A stretch of 64,000 nucleotides of DNA, from positions 1-64,000 of the IMG/VR virus record IMGVR_UViG_3300020185_000037; one strand, 5' to 3'. Of the stretch, positions 20,801-31,150 are shown in pieces; position 1 is the stretch's first letter; each line of letters begins with the position of its first letter. The stretch comes from an uncultured virus (IMG/VR IMGVR_UViG_3300020185_000037). Lineage: Duplodnaviria > Heunggongvirae > Uroviricota > Caudoviricetes. The translations under genes were made by a program, and so were the position numbers. The notes below the pieces were generated by a model. It was given only the letters and a program-made list of their open reading frames with translations, had not been told where the DNA came from and did not search any database.

Positions 20801-22284
20801 CGATTGCCAGAAATATAATTACTTATAATAATGTTAGTTTTATCTAAACTTATTTTAAATTCAGAATCTAAAATACTATTCATTGCATTTCTAAGTGCAA
20901 ATGTAATTTGTTCAAGTGAACCGTTGTTTGAATATTTTAAACCATCATGTGTACCAGCGGCCAACGCTGAATCCGCATATATTTTAAATAACTCAATATT
21001 ACCACTAGCTTTAACTTCGTTAGTAGCCGCTAATATAATATGTTCTGAAGAATCTGGTCTTTCAACAACTGATAATTTTATAAAGTCTCGATTATCATCA
21101 ATGATACCCGATATATTTAAAGTATCATTTTTCTTAATAAACTTGTCGGTTGAATTTACATTAAATGCAGCAACATTAAATTGACCAATTACAATACCGT
21201 CATTTGATTTAAGATTCTTAACGTGACCAAACCCATTATTAAATTTAACCCATTGTAAAATAGGTAAATCTAATTCATCATATGGCAACATATTAATAGC
21301 GGTTAGTTGCGGTGACGTTCCAGTTAAATCAAAATTAGTTTCTACAGTTGAATTATCAAAGTAGAGTACATCTTTTCTATAATCAGTATGCTTAAACGAA
21401 CCCTCTTCATGTTCATTAACATAAATTCCAATATATCTGTTTACATCATATGCGTTATCAAAATCTTCAAATAAAAATTCCAGATTAATAACATCTGCAC
21501 TAACAAGTGAATTTCTTTTAAAACCCTCTGTTATAAATTGATTGTTTAATATTTCAAGGTTATCTGTTTTAATAAAATTATCTGAAACATATTCACCCTT
21601 AGATGCGAAACCACCTTTAACTAAATCAATACCATTCCATAACGTCTTTTCATTTTTTTCAAAAGAAAATGTTAATGGTGCTATTGGTTTTTCAGTGTTG
21701 TTCGCGAATGTATTTAAATACTGTCCTACTTTGCTTTTAGGTCTAAGGTCAAATGTTTTGACAATAGTAGCATTAGACAACATATCAACTAATCTAGTAT
21801 TTATATTACTTAATTCATCAGTTAATACACTATCAGAAACAGGTTCTTCAATTCTATAGATTACAAAATATTCTGGAAGTACTTTATCGATTTTAAGCGG
21901 TGCCATAAATCTAATGTTTTCACTATAGATATTATAGCTATTTAGGCGAGCACCATAGTTATATTGTTCTTCGTATTGCTTATTGTATAGTTTATATACT
22001 GAAGTGTCTGAATCTCTCCTAAGAGGTTCATACACAAGTTCTAACGGTGTGTTTTTATAATACGCCGCAAGGTCATATGCATAATGCCCACTTGGGTCAA
22101 TAGAATATCTCTTGTACTTTTGATTACTAAGAGTTTTATTAGCGCTAAAGCTATCTAAAAAAATGTCACCCGACGAGTCAACGACGAGTTTAACATTTGA
22201 AGAAAGAGCTGGATTGGTTCTTAATATTACCTGACTCTTACCCTCAATAGAATTTTTATTAGCATCAAAGTTGATTGTAGCCAT
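17827..22284 (-). CDS. Large structural protein (baseplate/tail)
   Basis: 1485-aa ORF in the structural operon with GATATATA upstream. Confidence 0.55.
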   Translation of the reverse strand: MATINFDANKNSIEGKSQVILRTNPALSSNVKLVVDSSGDIFLDSFSANKTLSNQKYKRYSIDPSGHYAYDLAAYYKNTPLELVYEPLRRDSDTSVYKLYNKQYEEQYNYGARLNSYNIYSENIRFMAPLKIDKVLPEYFVIYRIEEPVSDSVLTDELSNINTRLVDMLSNATIVKTFDLRPKSKVGQYLNTFANNTEKPIAPLTFSFEKNEKTLWNGIDLVKGGFASKGEYVSDNFIKTDNLEILNNQFITEGFKRNSLVSADVINLEFLFEDFDNAYDVNRYIGIYVNEHEEGSFKHTDYRKDVLYFDNSTVETNFDLTGTSPQLTAINMLPYDELDLPILQWVKFNNGFGHVKNLKSNDGIVIGQFNVAAFNVNSTDKFIKKNDTLNISGIIDDNRDFIKLSVVERPDSSEHIILAATNEVKASGNIELFKIYADSALAAGTHDGLKYSNNGSLEQITFALRNAMNSILDSEFKISLDKTNIIISNYISGNRVGNAFLAIKNDGVTVPTYLNIETSLLNPDIDLTFISPSFDTDYTIHGMVGGSAIGNSLLIEFEEIGDLSGDTYIKSGNTFAKVIEVVADPVFDNKYRVCVDKSIDSINVQDSSLSLWIENKVTFGKFEAFDFVDFDFDFFSTMHSKPKELQYEDVDSGVDTNYIDNLNDFNTPSFNFFKGLENIKQEVTITSSGVSKIYSEYDRLQENYIKELALTSRIIPTINKWRYLDGVNVRENPYMLSMSEAFGKTNFAPNIKIDGTNADAMTHEWYYIYGHPNYYDATDPLQKSNALDFIKSNYSYLQPELSIELDASKLMDINNDWFNSLFVYDGFDITGVGFAPAVITKKYTTFVKGSVNAPAETMFRGLKVKAFARKEFTELNPKNLINTAEFNDYKFSAVLNYKANQSVDDSTIKVIQNKEFKTITIYIEVLTTEQNALFVNRKLLYHLKSFSDSFGNLSDTKINGYLDFSVQLDNDPKTINVTGVGVDFIKDIQINEDGGYNVIKFDYANDTWVLPVISVENSSRLTVIAVDGQPGKIQNESKTNFLAITQEPSTFGIGKDFTYIGGGYNLAKATFESISTKSIVDLLNLNDTEKVEYITVETDGTINNNRFILNIEDGHYVKKQSKLTTSSDPNKPETFKVSAGKVGYVVNERDTPYTTELIRMSGDYTPLTRTVVSFTDMYRPYKTSQIFDDGDVLTVEDPREKILYNRYNRMGIVFGSAQYEGHDKWGVIENLNYHKINPEKADGILKLSNSTTPPVYRLISEIAIDKRDVNVFRSSWEDEYYIKNGIQNQNINVYGTLSAYEESAFLASTLNLPKNQYEITSYPNTKLATGLSDMKAIKSTGTYNGDVVLFEDNDNVYIDLYLGNRLTNVLIDDNAGAYIKKYVLASNSYGDKTTLDDDIKKYIEVNMLKLLNINEVRLFNTPSKQILSSEVASINSLNDILDSRFVEDTSFRLEYDVKNPLNIKVIYNKRPGFKHQFYIYTKINS

Positions 22285-22332
22285 TAATCTATGATATATT
22301 TATAAGTACTTGACTTATATATCTAGAATAAT

Positions 22333-25300
22333 TTAAGGCTTATACTTTGCAAAGACTTCTAAGTCAATTGAAAATTGATTATCATAACTGTCAAGTATAT
22401 CAATACCAATTCTTTTGGAATAAGTTAAGTTACTGTATAAACCATCTTTATTTCCACCTATATAACCAACACCTGAAACGGAGCTACCAGAATAATCCGT
22501 CATTCTATACTGGAAACTAATATCAATAGAAACACCATTACCACTACCCATGCCAATAATATATTTACCGGATGTATTATCAGCATCAACCCTTAATTGG
22601 TCAATCGATAACGGTGACATAAATAAGTAAGCACCACATGAATTACCACCTAATAAATACTGGTCATTTGGTTCAAAGGCCATTTTAACAGTTCTTTGTA
22701 ATCCCGCATCATAATAATATGCAGTTTGTTGACCGTTAACATTTAATGTTTTAGCATGCGCTATTGTTGATTTAACATCTGAATAAGCGCCATTGTGTTT
22801 ATTTAATTCAGGATGATCAATATGTAAAAGCACACTATTGTTATAATCAATAATGGAGGCATCAAAACCATTAGTATAACCAGCTTCAGGTATATACACA
22901 TTAGCTGACGGATTACTCCAAGTACCTTTAAATATGTAACCAACTGGATCAGGACCCATAATACCGTAATCGTCTAATTCCGGAATTGAATACTCATAAA
23001 TTAATTCACCAGAATCATTACTCGTATTAATATCATTAGTTACATATAATTCAGTATCATTAGCAATGTTTTTAAATCTAGAATACGCATACTGACCTCT
23101 TAGTTGGCCGGATTGGTATGGCGCTTCATTAAAATACGTTTGTGTTAAATCTGCAGATGTTGTATTTTGATATAATGTAGGTACTAAATCATATTTACCA
23201 TTAATTTTATAATATGTATCACTAGCGATAAAAGCATCTGCCACAGCATTTGGTGCAACACCAAAACCGTTATTTGTACTATCTGATGAGTTGTATGCTA
23301 CTTTATTTCTATCACCGCTAATTCTAGACACAAGCTCCAGTGGTGTTGCTTGAGAATTTTCAAGTATTAGTTTGAAAGTTTTAGTTACAATATGACCTTT
23401 CTTAACATCTAGGTTTGAAACTTCATCAGTATAGTATCCTGCAAAGATTGACTTAACCGTATTATTTTGAAGTGTTTCAGTTGTGCCATCTTCTTTTTGA
23501 AGTTTTACAACTAGTTCACCCAGTATTGTCTCAATTTTAGCTTTTAACGTATCAATCTCTAATTGCATGGCAAGAAGCTTATCATAAATAGAAATAGGCA
23601 CTTGTTCATCAGTTACAAAACCAGATGTTATAGTAGTGGCTGTGTGTGCAAAATATTTGTCGCCAACCGAAAAAGAATCATTTACGTGTTTGTATATACC
23701 AACACTTTGTAATTCCTCTATAAGTTTAACCTTAGCAACCTCAGATGTATTTGAATCAACTAAGTTAACGACTGAATTAGTTGACACTAAACCATTAGGG
23801 AATGGTACCCTTACAATTTTAGACCATTCTGATTCTAATGGATTTGATGGCCAACCAGCCTCAGAAATAGATTTAACTCTAAACTCAACAGTTTCACCAG
23901 ATTGAATAGGTATGTTAAGTTGATTAATATTAATCTCTTGGCTGTTTTCAACATTTTCAGCTTCCCAAAAGTATTTACCAGTTACTGGGTCTTTTGATCT
24001 TTTTCTTACCTTACCGGCAACTTCAGTCCAATTTGAGAATGAACCTGTAACACCATCAGTACCTAATTCTATTTGTTCAGATTTAGCAGGTGTACCATCA
24101 GTTGATAAGTACCTGTATTGAACTTTAAATTGAACAATTTTTTGTGGTAAAGTATCTGCAGCTAATTTAGCATCAGGAATATTCCAGAAACCTCTTACCC
24201 TATATTTAGGTGCAATATTACTTATATTTGTTGTTTCAGCAATAGTTTTAATCTCACTAACCAATGAAGTATACAGATTTGAGTCTGTAGTTCTTTGATT
24301 AATTAAGTTTATAAGCTCATTACTATCTCTATCTTTTTCTACAGTCGACGAATATTTTTTAGTAGCAATCGCCGCTTTTTTAGATGTAATATCTTCATCA
24401 AATCTTTTAATTGAACTTTCTGCTGAAACCTTATTAGCATTAAGTGATTTGATTCTATTGAATGTTTCACTTTCAGTAAGGTGTGTATTAACCTGTGTTA
24501 CCTTGAAATTACTTGGCTCTAGAGTTGGTGCATCTGGCGTAACACCTAATGTTGAAGGTGGTATTGAATCTTCTTTAAGTGCTTTAATCATTTGACCAAA
24601 ATCAGCAACCTCATCTTTATAGAAATTAGCTAAAGTTTGAACTTCACCATCTTCTCTAGTAATGATTAAATCATTTGTATAAAAAGCAGTACCCGGTGAC
24701 CATTGTTCAGCTTCTAGGTTTGATTCAGCATCAACCGGCTTAATGAATGCAACCATTCTTTCGTCAAAGCCTACAGCAATATCAATCGCATCATATGCTT
24801 CTTTACCCTTGTATATCTTTAATTGATTAAGGCCAACCTTTACAGATTCATAACCCTCTAATAGAAGTAGCTCAACCTCAAGTGTATCTGCATTTAAAGA
24901 AACGACTCTATATTTAGTTGAGTTGTTACCAGAGTTAACTAATACTTCGTCACCTACTTTTAATGACTCTGTTTCAGTCATTGTTTTTTCAGCATCGTTA
25001 TAACTAAAAGTATTAACCGTATAAAGTTTTATTGTTTTAGTTTGAGTAACACCATCAACTGTAATATTTCTTTGAGTTGTTCTAATTTTAGAAACGTCAA
25101 ACCCGCCATTGTATTGTGACGACCTAACCGGAGCGTCAATAACTTCTTCATCAACAACATATCTAATGTTGTTTGTGGCAAAGTCAGAAAGCATTTGATT
25201 AACATCTAACGTGTCCGTACCTTTAATGTTAGTATCGAACCAGTCTACAGAGTTAGCGTCATTAGAATCAATGATGTACCTTGCTAATTTAATCTTTTCA

Positions 25301-25734
25301 GTGTTAGTTGGCACTTGACCGTTTACATCAAGTTGAACTTGAAGTAGTGGGTTTAGGAATGATTCAAAAAAGTTATTTGTTTTAGTAACAAAAGTAGTCG
25401 GCGCTGAAATTGAAGTTACAGACTTTGCAGGTGTCTTTAATTTAGATTTAGTAATTTGTCTAAATGTGCCATCTGGCATTTTAACAGTAGCATCACCTGA
25501 CGAAAGTCCAGATAAAGACTTAAAGTTTGTATCTAGTCTTTCAATCTCTCTTTTCAAATAACCAAACGCAGGCACTTGAACCGTCTTAAGGTTACCTTGC
25601 TCGTCAAATAGGTCTAATGAAACCGTCTTTTTATCAGTTGTTATTGCCTCAGAAATCTTTTCAAAGTTTTCTATAGAGTTCTGGTTCATTTCCAGAAACT
25701 GTCTGATAATTTGTGATATACTATTATTTGCCAT
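22333..25734 (-). CDS. Large structural protein with FN3-like and coiled-coil segments
   Basis: 1133 aa; EFRVKSISEAGW...SEWS. Confidence 0.55.
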   Translation of the reverse strand: MANNSISQIIRQFLEMNQNSIENFEKISEAITTDKKTVSLDLFDEQGNLKTVQVPAFGYLKREIERLDTNFKSLSGLSSGDATVKMPDGTFRQITKSKLKTPAKSVTSISAPTTFVTKTNNFFESFLNPLLQVQLDVNGQVPTNTEKIKLARYIIDSNDANSVDWFDTNIKGTDTLDVNQMLSDFATNNIRYVVDEEVIDAPVRSSQYNGGFDVSKIRTTQRNITVDGVTQTKTIKLYTVNTFSYNDAEKTMTETESLKVGDEVLVNSGNNSTKYRVVSLNADTLEVELLLLEGYESVKVGLNQLKIYKGKEAYDAIDIAVGFDERMVAFIKPVDAESNLEAEQWSPGTAFYTNDLIITREDGEVQTLANFYKDEVADFGQMIKALKEDSIPPSTLGVTPDAPTLEPSNFKVTQVNTHLTESETFNRIKSLNANKVSAESSIKRFDEDITSKKAAIATKKYSSTVEKDRDSNELINLINQRTTDSNLYTSLVSEIKTIAETTNISNIAPKYRVRGFWNIPDAKLAADTLPQKIVQFKVQYRYLSTDGTPAKSEQIELGTDGVTGSFSNWTEVAGKVRKRSKDPVTGKYFWEAENVENSQEININQLNIPIQSGETVEFRVKSISEAGWPSNPLESEWSKIVRVPFPNGLVSTNSVVNLVDSNTSEVAKVKLIEELQSVGIYKHVNDSFSVGDKYFAHTATTITSGFVTDEQVPISIYDKLLAMQLEIDTLKAKIETILGELVVKLQKEDGTTETLQNNTVKSIFAGYYTDEVSNLDVKKGHIVTKTFKLILENSQATPLELVSRISGDRNKVAYNSSDSTNNGFGVAPNAVADAFIASDTYYKINGKYDLVPTLYQNTTSADLTQTYFNEAPYQSGQLRGQYAYSRFKNIANDTELYVTNDINTSNDSGELIYEYSIPELDDYGIMGPDPVGYIFKGTWSNPSANVYIPEAGYTNGFDASIIDYNNSVLLHIDHPELNKHNGAYSDVKSTIAHAKTLNVNGQQTAYYYDAGLQRTVKMAFEPNDQYLLGGNSCGAYLFMSPLSIDQLRVDADNTSGKYIIGMGSGNGVSIDISFQYRMTDYSGSSVSGVGYIGGNKDGLYSNLTYSKRIGIDILDSYDNQFSIDLEVFAKYKP

Positions 25735-25735
25735 C

Positions 25736-27619
25736 TTATCTTAATACGTCTGCTACGAACGTTAATGTTACTTGGTTTGTACACACAAGCTCAATGTAAG
25801 GTTTACCACCTCTTAGTTCAGTATTAGCAATTTGCTTAATCTGTTTCCAACCATTGTTTTTGTTTGTATAAAAAACGATGTTATAGTCGTTCATGTCTAG
25901 AGTATTATCAAAAACCAACTTAAGTGATTGACCGTCTTTCCATGATGTCGTACTATCATCTATGTATATATTTATATTATTATTAGCTACTCCGTTTGAT
26001 AATGGCACTCTTACCATATTTTCAAATGCTTTAAGTCTAACGTAAATGCCAGTTGCTGAAGCATTAGATGCGTCATATTCAACTAGTTTATTACCTGATT
26101 CTAAATTAACATTATTCCATTCAAGCATGTTTAATAATCTGTAACCCTGAACGTCATTATTGATTTTGATTTTATTAGGCGTTGATTTATCAACTTTAGT
26201 ACCCAAGCCATCAAAGATAACGTTTGTATTGTATTGAACTTCTGTTGGTATAGTACCATTAATAATACTGTTAAGTCTTCTATTGATATCAGTAATCATA
26301 TCAAGCAGTGAAGCTTCATCAGCGTAATTTAAAGATGCATTTTGTATTTGTGTTTCAAGGTCCGCTATTGTATTAGACATTTCTTGAGCATCCTCAGAAG
26401 ATAGAATCATGTTCTCCATGATATCTAACCTATCAGCAATACCGTCATATCTTGAATTTGCTTGTAGTAATAGTTTTGTAGCATTCTCTAATACAGTAGT
26501 TGTATCAAAGAAAAGATCCATTGAGAATGTTGTAAAGTCATTGATTGTATTTTCAACACCAACATTGTCAAGAGACGTATTGTATTTAAGGTTTAGCTTT
26601 AAAGAGAACGCATTACCATTTAAACCAGTAATTGCGTTTGGCTTATACTTAATAAGCTCTCTAATATTACCATCAGTAAAGTTGTCTAATAAAAGAACAC
26701 CATATAAGTTTGTAGCTCTGTTACCTGGATTTGACTGTGAATATAAATCATAGTAAACAAGTACCGCGTTAAACTTAAAGTTACCACCTTTTTGTGAAAG
26801 GTCATGTAATGTATTAATTGATGAGTCAATATTTACAGCATAGTAGTTTGCTTCATCAAAATCAATACCAACCGCAGGTGCTGTATTTGTATTAATATCA
26901 TATACTGGATTAACACCATCAATATCATGTAGTGATGCAATACTTAAACCAGTAGGGTGTGTTGATCTACCTTCAATCGTACCACCCGGTGTTAATGTTA
27001 AACTAGTTGTATTGTAAGTATCTTCTTTTAATAATACGGTTGGCGTATAACCAACAGATGAAGGTACATTTACAAATACCTCTTGATATGTGTTTGCCGA
27101 GTAATTTTTATCATTGATAACATCAACAGTACCAACATATTTAATTACTTTTTCATAATCAGCACCGGTACCCGCTGTGTCATCTAGTTCAGTATATCTA
27201 CCGATAGATGAAACAGCTTCAGTAGATGTTGCTGTTCTAGTTCTTAAAACATCAACTGTTGATAGAAATTTAAAGAAAAGTCTTTCGGCATCACTTTGAT
27301 AAATTACAGGATCAAAGTCATCATCATTTCTAATGATTTCTTCTAGGTTAAGTGCATAATTTTGAAACGCGGTTGCCCAGTTTTGATTATCATCAATACT
27401 TGGAGTCCATGATGCGGCACCCTCATATAGTCTATCCCATTTGAAAGAATTACGTGTTGCACTTGAATTTACTTCTGGTAGGTCTAATAGTGCATAATGA
27501 GAAAACTCAAACTTTAAGTCTGGGTCTCCCTGTGCTCTAGTTAAATCTCTAGCAGCTGATGCAAAGGTGTACATTGTACCACCCTGATCTTGAACAGTTC
27601 TTACTAATGGTGTAGCCAT
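25736..27619 (-). CDS. Putative structural protein
   Basis: 627-aa ORF with central coiled coil; operon context. Confidence 0.5.
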   Translation of the reverse strand: MATPLVRTVQDQGGTMYTFASAARDLTRAQGDPDLKFEFSHYALLDLPEVNSSATRNSFKWDRLYEGAASWTPSIDDNQNWATAFQNYALNLEEIIRNDDDFDPVIYQSDAERLFFKFLSTVDVLRTRTATSTEAVSSIGRYTELDDTAGTGADYEKVIKYVGTVDVINDKNYSANTYQEVFVNVPSSVGYTPTVLLKEDTYNTTSLTLTPGGTIEGRSTHPTGLSIASLHDIDGVNPVYDINTNTAPAVGIDFDEANYYAVNIDSSINTLHDLSQKGGNFKFNAVLVYYDLYSQSNPGNRATNLYGVLLLDNFTDGNIRELIKYKPNAITGLNGNAFSLKLNLKYNTSLDNVGVENTINDFTTFSMDLFFDTTTVLENATKLLLQANSRYDGIADRLDIMENMILSSEDAQEMSNTIADLETQIQNASLNYADEASLLDMITDINRRLNSIINGTIPTEVQYNTNVIFDGLGTKVDKSTPNKIKINNDVQGYRLLNMLEWNNVNLESGNKLVEYDASNASATGIYVRLKAFENMVRVPLSNGVANNNINIYIDDSTTSWKDGQSLKLVFDNTLDMNDYNIVFYTNKNNGWKQIKQIANTELRGGKPYIELVCTNQVTLTFVADVLR

Positions 27620-27639
27620 TTAATTTTTAAATCTTTTTA

Positions 27640-28197
27640 TTATACAATTGATGTGTTGAATGAGCTGATAATATACCAGCTAGATGTTGAACCTGTATTA
27701 ATGTATCTAAGTGTTAATGTACCGTTTTGTAAGATATTTATTGATGCTGTCACACCTGCAACGTCAGTTGCATTAGAAATAGTAACAGCGCCACCAAATG
27801 CTATTAGTGTAATTTCTTGACCGTCTGTTGCAGCTTTTAAATTAATTGTAGGTGTCGCTGATGAATCAATTATGTAAGTTGAACTTTGAAATGCAAGTGC
27901 GTCTGGCATTCCTGTCACACCTATTGTTTCAGTATCATACACAATACCGCCGTTAAGCGTTACTTTGCCATCAAATTGAGAATTAGCTACAAAAGTATTA
28001 CCGGTTGTTGCAATAGTACTACCACCAATAGCTGCAGAAGCAATAGTCGCAGACGTTACATCTAGTGTACTATTGTTAATACTTAATAAAGCATCAATGT
28101 CATTCAGATCAGTTGCAATAGCTGAAAAGTTGTCATTAAGTGTTTGTCTAGAAGCAGAAAGGCTGTCCGTACCTTGAATTGTTGTAATGGTTGCCAT
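27640..28197 (-). CDS. Short fibre/baseplate appendage protein
   Basis: DSLSASRQTLNDNF N-terminal motif typical of T4-like gp9/10/fibre starts; T/S/A-rich. Confidence 0.55.
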   Translation of the reverse strand: MATITTIQGTDSLSASRQTLNDNFSAIATDLNDIDALLSINNSTLDVTSATIASAAIGGSTIATTGNTFVANSQFDGKVTLNGGIVYDTETIGVTGMPDALAFQSSTYIIDSSATPTINLKAATDGQEITLIAFGGAVTISNATDVAGVTASINILQNGTLTLRYINTGSTSSWYIISSFNTSIV

Positions 28198-28208
28198 TTT
28201 TTATGTTT

Positions 28209-30881
28209 TTATTTAATTGTTAAAGCGTTTTTAGTTATCTTATTAGTATTACCGTTAACATCCTGAACCTCAAGCTCAAGAGTGTAATCACCCTTTATAT
28301 TAAAGAGGTATGTTAACCACTTACTATTGTAGTATATATCGTCGCCATTTTGGCTGTTGTTTGTAAGTTTCCAATTATAAGATAACTTACCCGGCATCCT
28401 AGACTTATCAGCCGAGAATGTCATATGTGTTAACAGTTCAATATTTACGTGATCTTGAGCTATTCTAAGATCATTATATGTTGGGTTATTAGATTTATAG
28501 TGTGTTTCACCTTCAATAATACCATCAACTGAAACATCAAACTCAACACTTTCAAAGTCATATCTATTTGAGTATGCTTTACCTACTGCTAGAATACCTC
28601 TACATTCATCAACTGCGCCATCGTTATCTATATCTTCAAAGATACCGTTATAGTTAAACTTACTGATAATTGGATCAGTTGAGTTATTTAGGCCATCTAC
28701 CTCAGTTTGCCATGCAGCCAAGTCTAATGGATCAGACAATGTATTTGTAAATGTATATTCACCAGTAGATGTAACATTCGTAGCGACATCTAAATGAGTT
28801 ATAATCATTGTTACACCACCCTTTGCCTTTATAATCTTAAATGAAGCTGTTTGGTCCATGCCAACAATCGTTGAATCCCACCATGTGTGTTTACCATCGT
28901 TCCATGTATGTGGCTTTAAGTTTCTCCAGAAGTAAGGACCTGTAGTTTCAGCATATCCTGTTGTTGTTGAACTATCAGCATATCTTCTAACCATAGAGAA
29001 GTTAATACCATTAGATTCGTCATGTAAATAATTAGCTCTATCAAGTGATAAGTAAAGTGATGCAATCTCTTCATCAACAGTATCTTTATTTTGTTGTGGG
29101 AAATCCCAATCACCACCGGCATTACTCCATTTAAAGTTTGACTTACCCCAACTATATGTGTTTTGATCTTTCCATCTGTATACTCCATATACTTCAACTG
29201 ATTTCATTTTAACTTCAATTGAATCAAGTTCACGAACCGTCATTACGTTATTAAACAGATCAACCTGTTCGAAGACGACGCTGTATGTTCCACTGTATGG
29301 TAATGCTAAAACAATCTTTCTGTAATTATCAACATCACCAATAATAGTTTGTGAATAGTTACGTGGACCTGTAATGTACCATTTAAGTTCATAAATGTTT
29401 TGCTTCCACCAGTTTAACCAATTAATAGATGTACCGGCGTCGTCCCAAGTAAATGTAGCATCGTCCCAAGTTTCAAGGAATGATGTACATTCTAATTGAA
29501 CGGGTGCACCAATAACAACATCAGTATTGTCAGATGAAAACGTACTTCTATCGGAATTATAATAATCTTCATAGAACCCAGTTACCTCGTTATATAATGT
29601 TTCTTTATCAGCAATTGATAAAGTAGAAAAGTCTTGTGATGGTCCCGTAAATAAATCTGAAACTTTAGTTAAGTCTTCGATAAAAAGATTATCCTGTTCA
29701 ATTTTAATAGAAGCATCTATACCTGCTACAATTTCCGTAATTGGATTTTGATTGTTCCAAAAGTTTGTATTGTAAGAAGAGAAGAAATCACCCTCTCCAA
29801 TAATATCAACAATTCTAGCGTGTAGTGGTAAGTACTCTTTTTGTAATTTATTCTTAAGGCCATATAATTTAATTAAGACATCCTCAGGTGTAAAATCAAA
29901 TACTTCTTCAGTCTCGGGTTCGTCCCATTCATCAAATGTACCAGTTGGTGTATTTAACTTATAGTATAAACCAAACCTAGATGTTTTCTTATATGAAGAT
30001 GAAGGTAATGCAACATTAGCCCTTTTACTTACAAATCCTTTTTTAGAACTTGGTACCTCAATAGCTTTCATTTTACCAAACATGGGTGAACGATCATCAA
30101 TCATTAACCAATATTCTTTAATAGTAATGTTGTTATAACCAAAGAATTTAATTGCATTAATAATTGCTTTATAAGTTCCAATGAATGGTTTGATATTAGA
30201 CAACTCAAGTAAAAGCTCTTTACGCTTTCTGTTCATAAGTTTCCAATCAGTACCGGCCTCATTGATATCATGCTCTTTAAAAATGCTTTGGTCTTTAGTA
30301 GAAAGCGTTGCACCTAAGTTAGAAAGTAAGATACCAAGCCTTTCATCTTCACCAACTGCCTCACCGTATACATAAATATTTGCAACTACATGATTATTAG
30401 CTACATCGTATATTTTAAGGTACCTGTAATGACCTGCATCTACATCAGAGTGTAATGCTATAGTAAACTGAACAGCCTCTTTAGAAGCAACACCTGTAAC
30501 CGTGTGAATACCGTCAGACGTTGATGTAATTACAGCATTAGATTCAAGGTCCAATAAAAGATTATCTTCTTTACTAACATAAATTTCACCGTCAGCTTCC
30601 ATTGAAGCACTAAGTAAATTGATATCATTTGAAGACATATCGTCTTTAACAAATTCAACCTTAAACATAGAACCTACAGTATTAGCAATAGGCTTAACCA
30701 TTATAGGTGCACCATATTGATTAATAGCTTCTTCTAATAAAAAGATTGTAGCAGTCTCATATAAACCAGTAGACACCTCATCTAAGTGAAGTGACCCTGT
30801 GTAGATTTCATTAGTTACATCGTAATCTAATTGAATCTCCGACTTGTTACCATTAAAAAATCTAAGACCTGCGTATTTCAT
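28209..30881 (-). CDS. Baseplate wedge-like protein with PKD-like domains
   Basis: GTYKAIINAIKFFG (gp7/gpI-like); GTYSV and GDYTLEL PKD-like strands. Confidence 0.55.
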   Translation of the reverse strand: MKYAGLRFFNGNKSEIQLDYDVTNEIYTGSLHLDEVSTGLYETATIFLLEEAINQYGAPIMVKPIANTVGSMFKVEFVKDDMSSNDINLLSASMEADGEIYVSKEDNLLLDLESNAVITSTSDGIHTVTGVASKEAVQFTIALHSDVDAGHYRYLKIYDVANNHVVANIYVYGEAVGEDERLGILLSNLGATLSTKDQSIFKEHDINEAGTDWKLMNRKRKELLLELSNIKPFIGTYKAIINAIKFFGYNNITIKEYWLMIDDRSPMFGKMKAIEVPSSKKGFVSKRANVALPSSSYKKTSRFGLYYKLNTPTGTFDEWDEPETEEVFDFTPEDVLIKLYGLKNKLQKEYLPLHARIVDIIGEGDFFSSYNTNFWNNQNPITEIVAGIDASIKIEQDNLFIEDLTKVSDLFTGPSQDFSTLSIADKETLYNEVTGFYEDYYNSDRSTFSSDNTDVVIGAPVQLECTSFLETWDDATFTWDDAGTSINWLNWWKQNIYELKWYITGPRNYSQTIIGDVDNYRKIVLALPYSGTYSVVFEQVDLFNNVMTVRELDSIEVKMKSVEVYGVYRWKDQNTYSWGKSNFKWSNAGGDWDFPQQNKDTVDEEIASLYLSLDRANYLHDESNGINFSMVRRYADSSTTTGYAETTGPYFWRNLKPHTWNDGKHTWWDSTIVGMDQTASFKIIKAKGGVTMIITHLDVATNVTSTGEYTFTNTLSDPLDLAAWQTEVDGLNNSTDPIISKFNYNGIFEDIDNDGAVDECRGILAVGKAYSNRYDFESVEFDVSVDGIIEGETHYKSNNPTYNDLRIAQDHVNIELLTHMTFSADKSRMPGKLSYNWKLTNNSQNGDDIYYNSKWLTYLFNIKGDYTLELEVQDVNGNTNKITKNALTIK

Positions 30882-31150
30882 TATTTAATTCTCCAGTTAT
30901 CCTTATCAACACTAAACGCTTTCCATACTTTAAGTTTAGAAACCGTTTTTACATTTTCAACAAACGTATCTTGTATAAATTCAATAAACGTATTCAGTGT
31001 TGAGTTTCTTTGAATATGTTTAGATAATGAATTCTTCAACAAATCAGTTGAATAATCACGCCCTTGATTTAGTTTTTTGTCGTTCATCGACTTTACTAAA
31101 TCATATTTCTTTTGTATTTTATACTTATATAAACCGTCAAATAAACCCAT
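30881..31150 (-). CDS. Small baseplate-associated hypothetical protein
   Basis: 89-aa ORF coupled by TAATG overlaps. Confidence 0.55.
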   Translation of the reverse strand: MGLFDGLYKYKIQKKYDLVKSMNDKKLNQGRDYSTDLLKNSLSKHIQRNSTLNTFIEFIQDTFVENVKTVSKLKVWKAFSVDKDNWRIK